Assembly: GCA_039815185.1 (NCBI GenBank)
Contig: JBCBZT010000005.1
Span: 172,721-236,720 of the forward strand
Reading direction: 5' to 3'
DNA length: 64,000 nt
Source of the DNA: Cyanobacteria bacterium P01_A01_bin.123
GTDB lineage: Bacteria; Cyanobacteriota; Cyanobacteriia; Phormidesmidales; Phormidesmidaceae
Below the pieces are notes generated by a model that did no database searches, was not told the DNA's origin, and saw nothing but the letters and a program-made list of their open reading frames with translations. The translations under genes were made by a program, and so were the position numbers. This document shows positions 50,897-60,278 of this stretch, piece by piece (position 1 is the first letter of the stretch; every line of letters starts with the position of its first letter).

Positions 50897-51293
50897 ATTG
50901 CCAGAACCTGAAAGCCTTGCTGATAGGGCTCTTCAAGCTTAATAAAAAAAATCCTGCCTTAAATATGGCCTTATTAATCGTAGTTTTCAGATCTCTGGGA
51001 GCAGAGGATTTTCAGTCCCCAATCAGCAAATGAATCAATCGGATTGAGCGGGGTTGAGGCATCTCATCTTTACCTGTAACCGGCTGTCAAAGGGCAAAAT
51101 GCCCACAATCATACGAACAGAGGATTGCCACAAAAGTGGGGGATGCGAGAGCCTAGTGAATCTAGGGATGACTCAACCATTGCTCGTCATCGCCAAGATT
51201 TGAAACTGCTGGGTCATGCGGATGTTCGCGTGACCCAACTGTCTTTTGAGGAGCTTAGTCGCAGGAACCCACTCGCAGGCAAGAGAAAAATCC

Positions 51294-51480
51294 ATGGTCT
51301 ATCAACGGAAGAAGCGCTCTTACGAACCGGAGCCCCAGCAGCAAGTGCCGTAGGTGCAAACCGATCTGTTCGCCTCACCCGATTTAGAGACCGAGGACGC
51401 CGACAATCTCTATTCCGTGGCTGAGGCGACAGCCGTCCCCAGCTTAGAGACCCTACAGCGACGGGTCAGTAACCCAGGCT
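51294..51480 (+). pseudogene. N-terminal relic of a paralog of the DUF4157 protein at 12506
   Basis: MVYQRKKRSYEPEPQQQVP*VQTDLFASPDLETEDADNLYSV; TAG at 51351. Confidence 0.8.
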
Positions 51481-52606
51481 ATGAGGACGCGTTGGGACGT
51501 TGGGCATCGATCTCATCGATGCGAACCTGTAAAGCTGCCACCGACTCCGTATCCCCTAACGTCTTATACAGTTCCTGGGCCGCCTGCAGATGCGACATGG
51601 CTTCGCCATATGCGGTCTGTCGGATCGCCACATTAGCCAGGCCAACATGACTTTGAGCCTGCAGCTCCTGCTGATTCGCGGCCTCAGCCAGGGTTAAGGC
51701 CTGCTGGAAGCCCGCCTGGGCCAACAGGGGGAGACTCATAATCTGGTATGCCTCTCCCTGCAAGAGATAGATCTGGGGGTTTTCGGTTCCTGCCTCAATT
51801 CGGGCTTCTACAACATCCAATGCCGCTTGGTTCAGGGCATAGCTGTCCCAATCAGGATCGCTGTGCTCAAACTCTAAGTACGCTAATGCTAGGGCGATCG
51901 CCTCTACGTCAGGCTCTAAAGTCTGGGCTTGAATAGCTGCCACCTGACTTTGAACCCGCTCAGCTTCAGCTACCGGCAGCACTGCAAATTGAACCGGCAG
52001 ATCACCTGCCGAGGAGAGACCCGTATCTGCCGAGACGATGACGCTATAGGTATAGTTTGGGCGAAACGTTACGGTCTCGGGTAGGATAACTGCGGTTTCG
52101 CTCACGGTCGTCGTCCAGTCCACACCTGGGCCTTGCAGGCTGACGGTATAGGTCATCGCGCCTTCAACTGGATGCCATTGCAGTATCATCTCCTCTGCAG
52201 TCAGAAGCACTGTATTGCGAGGACTGATCAGATAGGGCAGGGTCGGATTGAAGGGATCTCGCGTGGGATTGTTGATCGCTCCCGAGCGTCTGCTGGCCTC
52301 CCGTGGACAGTAATCAGCGACTCGGTAAGTGTCTGAACTCGTGAAAGTATGCCGACTGCCATTACTGCAGTTGAGGGTGACTCGACTATTGGTATCGACC
52401 CGAATTTGGTGGCCGTTCGAGACCAATAGGCCGTTGAAGGCGCGGTCAGGAGTAATGAGATATCGACCCACCTCGACAGTGCCTTGAACATCGCTGAGGT
52501 AATGGCTGCTGCGAGATTGACTCCAAGCAGGTGATGCGATCGCAGCGATCGCGCTCAGGGCTAGGGCGATTGGGGTGATTAGAGTGGGGGGGCGGTAGGT
52601 CGGCAT
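51479..52606 (-). CDS. Secreted protein with beta-rich N-terminus and C-terminal TPRs
   Basis: Signal peptide, PYLISPRNT, LQWHPVEGA.Y, TPR-like helices. Confidence 0.8.
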   Translation of the reverse strand: MPTYRPPTLITPIALALSAIAAIASPAWSQSRSSHYLSDVQGTVEVGRYLITPDRAFNGLLVSNGHQIRVDTNSRVTLNCSNGSRHTFTSSDTYRVADYCPREASRRSGAINNPTRDPFNPTLPYLISPRNTVLLTAEEMILQWHPVEGAMTYTVSLQGPGVDWTTTVSETAVILPETVTFRPNYTYSVIVSADTGLSSAGDLPVQFAVLPVAEAERVQSQVAAIQAQTLEPDVEAIALALAYLEFEHSDPDWDSYALNQAALDVVEARIEAGTENPQIYLLQGEAYQIMSLPLLAQAGFQQALTLAEAANQQELQAQSHVGLANVAIRQTAYGEAMSHLQAAQELYKTLGDTESVAALQVRIDEIDAQRPNASS

Positions 52607-53853
52607 GATTCGTCGTAGTCGAGGTTGGCAGTTTCCAAACGGTTCCGAGCCAGTAGCAGCCAGGTGCTTTCTTCAGGGTTGGTAATCTGTCCTAATTGGC
52701 AACAGCGCTGCCACTGGGGTATGGTCTCGGTTTGGTCTTGAGCCTCCAGGGTCTGGGCCAGTAGGCAGTAGGCGGAACCTGGATTATTGACATAGTCCTG
52801 AGCCGTTGGTTCTTGGCTAATGTCAATTGCCGTCTCCAGGGCAGACTGGGCGACCGCATGCTGTCCCTGTTCCAAGAGCGCCCACCCTAAGTTTTTGTAG
52901 AGGCTATAGCGCGTTTCCGGATAACTCTGCTGCTGATTCGCCAATATTAGGCCTTGGTATAAGAGCGCTATGGCCCTATTCACATCGGCGGCAGGCGATT
53001 GCAGATAAAGTCGGGCCAGATTGTTATAGGCTTCTGGGAAATCGCCTCGAATCGCAATTAAATATTGGGTCTGGGCCTGCTCTAAGTCCTGGATATCTTC
53101 GTAGAGGGTGCCGAGGTTATAGTGGGCATTAACGTTGTCTGGATTCAGCGAAATCGCCAGGTTGTAACTCTGCTCGGCAGAACCCAACTTGCCAGCAGCT
53201 TGCTGGTTCTGGCCGCGTTGGCTGTACTGCTTGGACAGGGTGGGGAGTGCCAGCCAAAAGGCTACGAGCACGCTCGTCAGCAGGGCAGTGGAGCCAAACT
53301 GAGCGCGCACCCGCCAGGTTTGAGGCACCTGAGCGCGATCTAAAAGTTTCTGCAAGCCCTGATGACCCGCCTCGGTCAAGTCACTGCGGGCCTTTAAAAG
53401 GGTCAGCAAGTTAGAGAGGGCCACGGCTGAAAGTCCGACCACGCCAGCCCCACCCAGCAGAAAACGGCTACTAATGGTCACTAACAGGCCAAGGCTGGTT
53501 GCCCAGGCGAGAGTTGTCAGGCCCTTAAAGAACCAGTCACTGGGTGACTTCACCGTTTCATCCAGCCACCACCACCACTGCTCTCGGGATTTTGGAAAGC
53601 TTCGTCGATAGGTGCTGAAATCCAATTGCCTCACTAGGACTACCGCCTGTTTACGCAGCTGCTGATCCAGGTCATAAATTGCCTGCAGTTGATGGGCTCC
53701 GGGCGCGGTCTCCTCCCCCAAGGCCAGGTGTAAGGTATCCCGGGCATTCAAGACTTGCAAGACTTTCTGTGTCTGGGGCGTTGGCTCACTGAGGCAGGCC
53801 ACTAGGGCAGCACGATAAGCGGTGAGGGCAGCACCAACAGCACTCAAGGACAT
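52579..53853 (-). CDS. Membrane TPR protein
   Basis: WWWWLD, about 3 TM, AHYNLGTLYE / AYNNLARLY TPRs. Confidence 0.85.
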   Translation of the reverse strand: MSLSAVGAALTAYRAALVACLSEPTPQTQKVLQVLNARDTLHLALGEETAPGAHQLQAIYDLDQQLRKQAVVLVRQLDFSTYRRSFPKSREQWWWWLDETVKSPSDWFFKGLTTLAWATSLGLLVTISSRFLLGGAGVVGLSAVALSNLLTLLKARSDLTEAGHQGLQKLLDRAQVPQTWRVRAQFGSTALLTSVLVAFWLALPTLSKQYSQRGQNQQAAGKLGSAEQSYNLAISLNPDNVNAHYNLGTLYEDIQDLEQAQTQYLIAIRGDFPEAYNNLARLYLQSPAADVNRAIALLYQGLILANQQQSYPETRYSLYKNLGWALLEQGQHAVAQSALETAIDISQEPTAQDYVNNPGSAYCLLAQTLEAQDQTETIPQWQRCCQLGQITNPEESTWLLLARNRLETANLDYDESCRPTAPPL

Positions 53854-53887
53854 GACTCGACACCGGGAACAGTGGACTCATTCTAAA

Positions 53888-56800
53888 TCAGGGGGTGAAA
53901 CCTGCTGAGGGTGGCAACGGACGCCAATTGCCAGAGGCAATAAATGCTGCCCAGTAATAGGGATGCCGATATTCCGACGATTGTAGAAAGGCTAACTGCG
54001 TCTCTCGCAGGGCGGCATCTCGATGTCTACCCGTGAGTAAGCGCTCGTAATAAGCCACCATCAATTCCTGGGTGGCGGTGTCATCCACCTTCCAGAGGCT
54101 GATCACCTGGCTCTGAGAGCCCGCTAACACCAACGCCCGTCGCAAGCCATAGACCCCTTCCCCAGCGGCTAGAGTACCGACCCCAGTTTCACAGGCCGAG
54201 AGAACCACCAGTTGGGTGCCACGCAGATTTAATCCCGTCACTTCTAACGCCGTGAGAATGCCATCCTGCTCTGGCCCACTTTGACCCCCAACTGCAGCCC
54301 CCGCCAGAATCAACCCGGACTGCAGCAGCGGGTTGAGGGTTTCTGTGGCGGGTTCAAAGAAGCCATGGGTAGCAATGTGCAAAATGCTAGGCTGCGGTGT
54401 TTGTTTAATCACCGCTTCGGTGGCGTTGGTGGTGGTATAGGGGTCAGCTCCCAACAAGGTAGCAATCTGCTCCACTTCCACCTGGGTACCCGGTAGGGCG
54501 GGAAAGATCCGGTTAGCAAAATCAATGGTGCGGGTATCAGCCTGGGCCGCGAGTGCACCCGGACGACCATAGGTGGGGTTGCCGACCAGTAGCGCGGAGC
54601 TGGGGCTGGCGGGGGTGATATCCAAGCGCATCAGGTCACGGCCTGAGGTGAGGTAGCGGAACTGATACTGCTCCACCAGGTAGTTGCCAGAGTCATTAAC
54701 GAGGGCTTCAAAGGGAATCAGGTTGAGGACGCCATTCGGGGCAATGAAGACAGTGGTGGTATCCCCCAGCACTTCGTGCACTGGGGCCATGACTAAGGTA
54801 TCAAGTGCCTGAGCGCTGGCTTTGACCTGACCAATGGGGCTCCCTGCAGTGGCTAGGTCTCTGGAGAACGTTTCGACAGCAGTTTCAATGGCGGCAGCAG
54901 GGCCGAGGTCGATGCCCTGGAGCGTGCCATCGGGCTGCAGCACATAGGCGGCGTAGCGATACTCCCCAACGCGAGATTGTTCAGGGGCCGTGGGGTTTAA
55001 GGGCCGGTAGCGAATGAACTCCACTAGGGCGGTGGCGGGGGGCAAGGTCGCTTGGATGTCCATCACCGTGGGAGAAGCCGCCAGTGCAGCAAAGTCAGGG
55101 CTAAGCCGACTGAGCTGGTCCGTTAAGTCGCGACTGCGCTGTTGCAGCTCACGCAGTTGAGTTTCATAGGCAGCCAGGGCCGATGGGTCATTGGGTGGAT
55201 TATTGTTGAGGGCGGAGAGTTGGCTGTTGACGGCATTTAAGTCATCGAATAGCACCAGTGCCGCCGGGTCATCATCCAGTTGATTGCGCAGGTTGGTGAA
55301 GATGTCGAGGATGCGGCCTTTGCGCTGCAGCAGCGTCGAGAATGCCAGTTGGGCGGCCTCTTCATCCGTCGGTAGGTCATTCAGATGAAGGCTAATGGCC
55401 GTATCAGTTGTACCTGAGACTGTAGCCAGATAGTCCCGTTTATTGGCATCATCCCCCCCCACTAGATTACGACTGAGGACAGTTTCTTCCACCGCTATCC
55501 CCCGACTTAGGTAGCTGAGGGCAGACTGAAGTTGGCCTTGGATATGATACTGCAAGGACAATTGATTCAGACTCTGAGCGGTAGCGGGATGGTCTGGGCC
55601 TAAGGCGGATTCTCGAATCTCCAGGACCCTCTGAAAGAGGGGTTCTGCTTCCCCATAGCGGCCCTGAGAACGATATAGCGCAGCCAGATTATTCAGGCCA
55701 GTGGCGGTATAGTGATGGTCTGGGCCTAAGGCGGATTCTCGAATCTCCAGGGAACGCTGATAGAGGGGTTCTGCTTCCTCATAGCGACCCTGTGAGTCGT
55801 ACAGCGCGGCCAGATTATTCAGGCTGCTGGCAGTTAGGGGATGGTCTGGGCCTAAGGCGGATTCTCGAATCTCCAGGACCCTCTGAAAGAGGGGTTCTGC
55901 TTCCCCATAGCGGCCCTGAGCCTCGTACAGCGCGGCCAGATTATTCAGACTGTTAGCAGTATCGGGATGGGCCGGATCTAAGACGGACTCCTGAATTGAC
56001 AGGGTCCGTAGATAAAGGGGTTCTGCTTCCTCATAGCGGCCCTGTAAGTGGTACAGCGCGGCCAAATTATTCAGGGTGAGGGCGGTATTAGGATGGGTCG
56101 GGCCTAAGGTGGATTCAAGAATCTCCAGGGAACGCTGATAGAGCGGTTCTGCTTCCCCATAGCGGCCCTGTGCATCGTACAGCAAGGCCAGGCCATTGAG
56201 GGTGGTAGCGGTATAGGGATGGTCTGAGCCTAAGGCGGATTCTCGAATCTCCAGGGCCCGCTGAAAGAGGGGCTCTGCTTCCCTATAACGACCTTGAAAC
56301 TCGTACATCAAGGCCAGATTATTCAGGCTGACGGCAGTATCGGGATGGTTAGGGCCTAAGACGGATTCTCGAATCTCTAGGGCCTGTAGATAAAGGGGTT
56401 CTGCTTCCTCATAGCGACCCTGTGAGTCGTACAGCAAGGCCAGATTATTCAGGCTGACGACGGTATCGGGATGGTTAGGGCCTAAGGCGGCCTCATTAAT
56501 CGCCAGGGCTTCCTCGGCGAGGGGTATCGCCTCGCTGTAATGACCAGCTTGGTAGAGGCTATTGACTTGCTGATTGAGTTGATTCATCTGCGCCAGGGTT
56601 GGCTCAGGTGCCGTGGCAGGGCGGGTATGTAGCTGATAGCTGCCAGTATCTCCCACCCCATCACTGTTCGCTATTAAGGTGTAAGTGTCCTTAGTCGGCA
56701 AGGTTAGAGTGAGGTGGAAATTCGTGCCCTCACCACCATCATCATCCTCAGCAATAGGCTCTCCGGTCAGGCTGAGCAGGATGAGATAGGCATCGAAGTT

Positions 56801-56998
56801 GTCACTACTTAGCTCGAAGGTGAGGGGTTCGCCAGATGTGTCCGTGACGTTCTTAATCGTGGGGCTGGCGGTTTGGGCAATAGCTATTTTGGAGGGCAAG
56901 CTACCGAGGCTGGCGCTGCTAAGCAAGACGGTGAATAGTCCCGTAATAGTTACAGAACGACAGCGTCTGAGACTAGTACTAGAGAGGGAAATAAACAT
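53888..56998 (-). CDS. PPC-TPR-CHAT (caspase-like) protein
   Basis: Signal-like N-terminus, DAYL..DDDGGEG PPC domain, about 9 42-aa TPRs, LHIATHGF and VVLSACETG catalytic His/Cys, HPYYWAAF. Confidence 0.95.
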   Translation of the reverse strand: MFISLSSTSLRRCRSVTITGLFTVLLSSASLGSLPSKIAIAQTASPTIKNVTDTSGEPLTFELSSDNFDAYLILLSLTGEPIAEDDDGGEGTNFHLTLTLPTKDTYTLIANSDGVGDTGSYQLHTRPATAPEPTLAQMNQLNQQVNSLYQAGHYSEAIPLAEEALAINEAALGPNHPDTVVSLNNLALLYDSQGRYEEAEPLYLQALEIRESVLGPNHPDTAVSLNNLALMYEFQGRYREAEPLFQRALEIRESALGSDHPYTATTLNGLALLYDAQGRYGEAEPLYQRSLEILESTLGPTHPNTALTLNNLAALYHLQGRYEEAEPLYLRTLSIQESVLDPAHPDTANSLNNLAALYEAQGRYGEAEPLFQRVLEIRESALGPDHPLTASSLNNLAALYDSQGRYEEAEPLYQRSLEIRESALGPDHHYTATGLNNLAALYRSQGRYGEAEPLFQRVLEIRESALGPDHPATAQSLNQLSLQYHIQGQLQSALSYLSRGIAVEETVLSRNLVGGDDANKRDYLATVSGTTDTAISLHLNDLPTDEEAAQLAFSTLLQRKGRILDIFTNLRNQLDDDPAALVLFDDLNAVNSQLSALNNNPPNDPSALAAYETQLRELQQRSRDLTDQLSRLSPDFAALAASPTVMDIQATLPPATALVEFIRYRPLNPTAPEQSRVGEYRYAAYVLQPDGTLQGIDLGPAAAIETAVETFSRDLATAGSPIGQVKASAQALDTLVMAPVHEVLGDTTTVFIAPNGVLNLIPFEALVNDSGNYLVEQYQFRYLTSGRDLMRLDITPASPSSALLVGNPTYGRPGALAAQADTRTIDFANRIFPALPGTQVEVEQIATLLGADPYTTTNATEAVIKQTPQPSILHIATHGFFEPATETLNPLLQSGLILAGAAVGGQSGPEQDGILTALEVTGLNLRGTQLVVLSACETGVGTLAAGEGVYGLRRALVLAGSQSQVISLWKVDDTATQELMVAYYERLLTGRHRDAALRETQLAFLQSSEYRHPYYWAAFIASGNWRPLPPSAGFTP

Positions 56999-57453
56999 TG
57001 GGAGGCACCAATAGAAAAGAGTTGATGGAGCCGACCACACCTACAGGGTTTACTCTCGATATATGGTCTTTTCTGACTATGGCAGTCTGTAATAGTTCCT
57101 TTGGGATATCGCTGCGAGTCATCACGGAGAAGATGTAAAGAAATCAGCGACTATCCAACCTCTTGAGACTAGCTGTAAAGAAATTGACAACCAATCAATC
57201 GCATGAGACTAGCTGCTCGGCGACGCAAATACTCAACCTTGCGAGACTTGCTTCAATCCCTTTGACTGCGCGAATTTAAGTCAGTTTTAAGTTTTTGTGG
57301 TGTCTCACGAGAAAATCAGGATCTTAATGGGTAATGTAGTGTGACAGTTTACTCTTTTAGGCCAAATCTAGGCCAGTACCTCCACCTTCAGATTTATATC
57401 AGTGGGACTCAGACTAAATCTGCTCACGGGCATTCTCAACTGCGTGTGGTAAT

Positions 57454-58860
57454 TCACCAGTAAAGGTCATGTTCTTGACGTACTGCTGCGGCAAACTGTT
57501 GTCGGAGTGAGCAGGGCAACAACACTTCAACCCTGGGTCGCCAGGCCCGCAATCGCTGATGTACGTTTGGATCATGTTCGCGATAAATCGCGCTGTAGTA
57601 AGCATCTTCAGGCGATCGCTGGTCTAAAATTCGCAATAGTTCTTCCCGCGCTTTACCTGTCAGATGCTGTCGAATCAGCTTTTGGGCTTGGGTATAAGAG
57701 ACTTGCTCGAACGTGTCGTGGCGTTTGGTATCTCGAATGTAGCGATCATTCCACTCTTTATCAAACCGTAACAGCAGCAGCTGGGCAGGCTGGTAGTAGT
57801 CAAATCCCCAGGCTTCTGCCATGCGGGTAGCAATTTCGTCAGGGTGAGGCAGGGTTTGGGTGGTTTGCCGGTCGGCTAAAGTCTTGGGAATGGTCGGGTC
57901 TGTCCAGGCAAGGGGGGTGATTTCCAAAATCCGATCGAGGCGATAATTGCGCCAATCGAGACTGTCAGGAGAGGCATTAGGGACTTGGCCAAACCCGCAG
58001 AGGTAAGGCCCCCGGCGAAAGTAGTAAATACAGACGGGATACACCACGATCTCAATAGCTTGAGTGTGTCCTGCACCTTGATAGCGCAGCCGAACGGGGG
58101 GAGTGGGGGTTTGCTGCCATAGGTCAGAGAGCGCGGCTTGCCAATCATCAACACGATCGAGTTTGTGTTGTGGCACCACGTAGTCTACGTGGACAAAAAA
58201 GCGGCGATCGCCCTGGATTTCTCGCGACAGATTTTCGGCGATCGCGGCCAGGTCAGGCTGGGTGAGAAAGGCACTGGCGTTGGGTGCACCTAGATTTTGC
58301 TGAGATTCGGCTTGGGGGATAATCGGCCAGGTGGTCACTCGATAAAAGCTCTGCCCTTGTTGGGTTAACCAGCTAATACTGGTGAGGATGCGCAGGTCAT
58401 TGTAGAGAGTCCGCCGGGTCATGCTAAACAGGCAGGTATTGAGCAGGGTATCCAGGTTAGAGGGGAGTTGGTCATGGGTTTTGAGGGACTGGGCAAATTG
58501 ACGGATCTGGGTCTGAATTTCAGCTGAGTGGGTTTGGGCGTGGCCCTCCCAATCGGATTGGGTATAGCTGAAAGCGGGGGCAAATAACCAGGCGGCAGTG
58601 ACCTTATTGCAGGGACAGTTTGGATCAAGATGGTTTGGCTTTTTCTCTTCGGTGGGATGGGTGGTTGAGAAAAAGCAATCGCGCCAGTCGGCATAGGTAA
58701 ATGGGTTTGTTAGCCCTAGGGTTTGCCCAGCTTCGCCATAGAGCAGATGTAGCCAAACCCAAAGGCGAATGGATTGCAATAGGTTTTGTTTCAGGGCTCC
58801 CCTGGCCAGCCATTGCAGTAGGGGAACGGTGGGGAGTGCTTGCCAAAGCGGTTCAACCAT
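57454..58860 (-). CDS. CRISPR-associated WYL-domain regulator (TIGR03985-like)
   Basis: RLWVWLHLLYG, VYPVCIYYFRRGPYLCGFG, WRNYRLDRI, AWGFDYY, RLRAWRPRVEVLLP. Confidence 0.85.
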   Translation of the reverse strand: MVEPLWQALPTVPLLQWLARGALKQNLLQSIRLWVWLHLLYGEAGQTLGLTNPFTYADWRDCFFSTTHPTEEKKPNHLDPNCPCNKVTAAWLFAPAFSYTQSDWEGHAQTHSAEIQTQIRQFAQSLKTHDQLPSNLDTLLNTCLFSMTRRTLYNDLRILTSISWLTQQGQSFYRVTTWPIIPQAESQQNLGAPNASAFLTQPDLAAIAENLSREIQGDRRFFVHVDYVVPQHKLDRVDDWQAALSDLWQQTPTPPVRLRYQGAGHTQAIEIVVYPVCIYYFRRGPYLCGFGQVPNASPDSLDWRNYRLDRILEITPLAWTDPTIPKTLADRQTTQTLPHPDEIATRMAEAWGFDYYQPAQLLLLRFDKEWNDRYIRDTKRHDTFEQVSYTQAQKLIRQHLTGKAREELLRILDQRSPEDAYYSAIYREHDPNVHQRLRAWRPRVEVLLPCSLRQQFAAAVRQEHDLYW

Positions 58861-58875
58861 TTGGGATATGAGGGC

Positions 58876-59808
58876 CTATGGGGATTGCTGAATTGCGTTC
58901 AAAATATGCTTGAGCAAAATGTCGGGGATGGTTTGGGTTGCTCCCATCAGCCAGGGGCCAGCCTTGATTTCTAGCCAGGGTGTGGTTTGGAGAACTTCAA
59001 ATTCGTCGGACAAGACGCTATGAATTACGGCTATGGGTTTCAAATGGGGCTGGCAGAATTGGTGCCACACATCGACGGCCTCAGGTAGGCGGCTGATAAT
59101 CATGTAATGGGAGCATTGCTCTACCAGGGGCACTTTTTCGCGTTGGGGTAGCCCCCCGACATCTACCAGTAAGCAATCGACTAAGTTACGCAGATTGGCA
59201 ACTGCGTCGGCATGGGATTGAAAGAAGCCGGGAATGAGTTTGGCGGTTTCGGGGTCTTCATGAATCCGATACTCGTGGTTGCGCACCAAGGCTTCAACAA
59301 AGCTGGGCTGCGCCGTCTCGTAGGTCCAGTTGCCTTCACCGTCCCAGCTGGCCCGATGCAGGTAGATGGTGTCATTCGGTAGCTGAGCCGTCAGGCTGAG
59401 TCGGGTGGCGTTGGACAACACGCTTTTGCCGCTGTTAGGCGGTCCCCCAATTAGGATCGCCGGGCAGGGTTGACGGTTGAGGGTGACGGGGAGCCTGTCG
59501 CCAATGGCGGGTGACTCGACACGGCTGTGGATAACGATGACAGCTTGGCTGCGGGCATCGTAACAGCCGAGCCAGGGAGCCGCTTGGCATTTGTGGATCA
59601 ATGCCCCATAGAGCCAGGTGGGCGATCGCCCGTATAACACCACTTCCCGCGTCAGGTTAATCTCGGGTGGCAATTTGAGGGTAGGCAAACAATCGGGGTG
59701 AACAACTGGGCTATTGAGGGTGATCGCAAGGGTTTGGAGACTGCCGCTGTGGGAGGACAGTAGGGTTAGGTTGAGCTGGACTGGGTGCAAAGCGTTAGAG
59801 GACAGCAT
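58876..59808 (-). CDS. Csx3-like domain fused to P-loop ATPase
   Basis: VVLYGRSPTWLYG...YDAR..V + IGGPPNSGKS, WDGEGNW, LVDVGG; start at ATG 59808 overlapping csx3 stop. Confidence 0.85.
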   Translation of the reverse strand: MLSSNALHPVQLNLTLLSSHSGSLQTLAITLNSPVVHPDCLPTLKLPPEINLTREVVLYGRSPTWLYGALIHKCQAAPWLGCYDARSQAVIVIHSRVESPAIGDRLPVTLNRQPCPAILIGGPPNSGKSVLSNATRLSLTAQLPNDTIYLHRASWDGEGNWTYETAQPSFVEALVRNHEYRIHEDPETAKLIPGFFQSHADAVANLRNLVDCLLVDVGGLPQREKVPLVEQCSHYMIISRLPEAVDVWHQFCQPHLKPIAVIHSVLSDEFEVLQTTPWLEIKAGPWLMGATQTIPDILLKHILNAIQQSP

Positions 59809-60154
59809 CGGGAATTGTGACAATGAGGACTTCACCTTCTGCAACCTGAGGGGAGTGGGTGGCGACGACGACGGCACCGCCAGAATGGGGCACATCGTTG
59901 CCGAAGCGGGGGTCAAAGCAGGCGACCCAAGCGGCGGCATGGCAAGCGTGTACGAGGTAGCCGGAGAGCCAGAGGGGAATTTTGCCTTCAATCACAATCC
60001 CTTGACTCCAAAGGATCGGATCTGGCATTTTCACAGTTTTGAGGGCGTCGGGGGTGAGGATGCCGGTGGGGGTATTGATATGCACATGGAGGTGTTGGTA
60101 GGGCAGACCCGCCTGGGTTTGGTGGGTTGCCAGTCGGAGTTCAACAGCAGTCAT
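59795..60154 (-). CDS. csx3: Csx3/Crn3 ring nuclease
   Basis: GIVIEGKIPLWLSGYLVHACHAAAWVACFDPR...GAVVVATH. Confidence 0.9.
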   Translation of the reverse strand: MTAVELRLATHQTQAGLPYQHLHVHINTPTGILTPDALKTVKMPDPILWSQGIVIEGKIPLWLSGYLVHACHAAAWVACFDPRFGNDVPHSGGAVVVATHSPQVAEGEVLIVTIPDAVL

Positions 60155-60195
60155 GATGGTTATTCAAAGGTTACGGGTAGTGTATCCGGTTATAG

Positions 60196-60236
60196 GAAGT
60201 GGGTGCTTCCAATTTGGGGATGAAGTGGGTGCTTCC
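60196..60236. promoter_or_regulatory. 15-bp direct repeat operator between divergent csx3 and HD genes
   Basis: GAAGTGGGTGCTTCC at 60196-60210 and 60222-60236, each GAAG-N6-CTTC palindromic. Confidence 0.65.
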
Positions 60237-60278
60237 TATTAAGGCTTAGGGTGTAGCAGCTAATGTTTACAGGATGAG

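Noticed and set aside
50851..50925. Complete tRNA-Cys gene
   Set aside because: Similarity stops just past the anticodon stem; treated as att duplication
55560..56520. 126-nt tandem repeats
   Set aside because: Coding 42-aa TPR units of the CHAT protein
59809..59991. N-terminal 61 aa of the 371-aa track ORF
   Set aside because: Lies in another frame of csx3; ATG 59808 is the more plausible start
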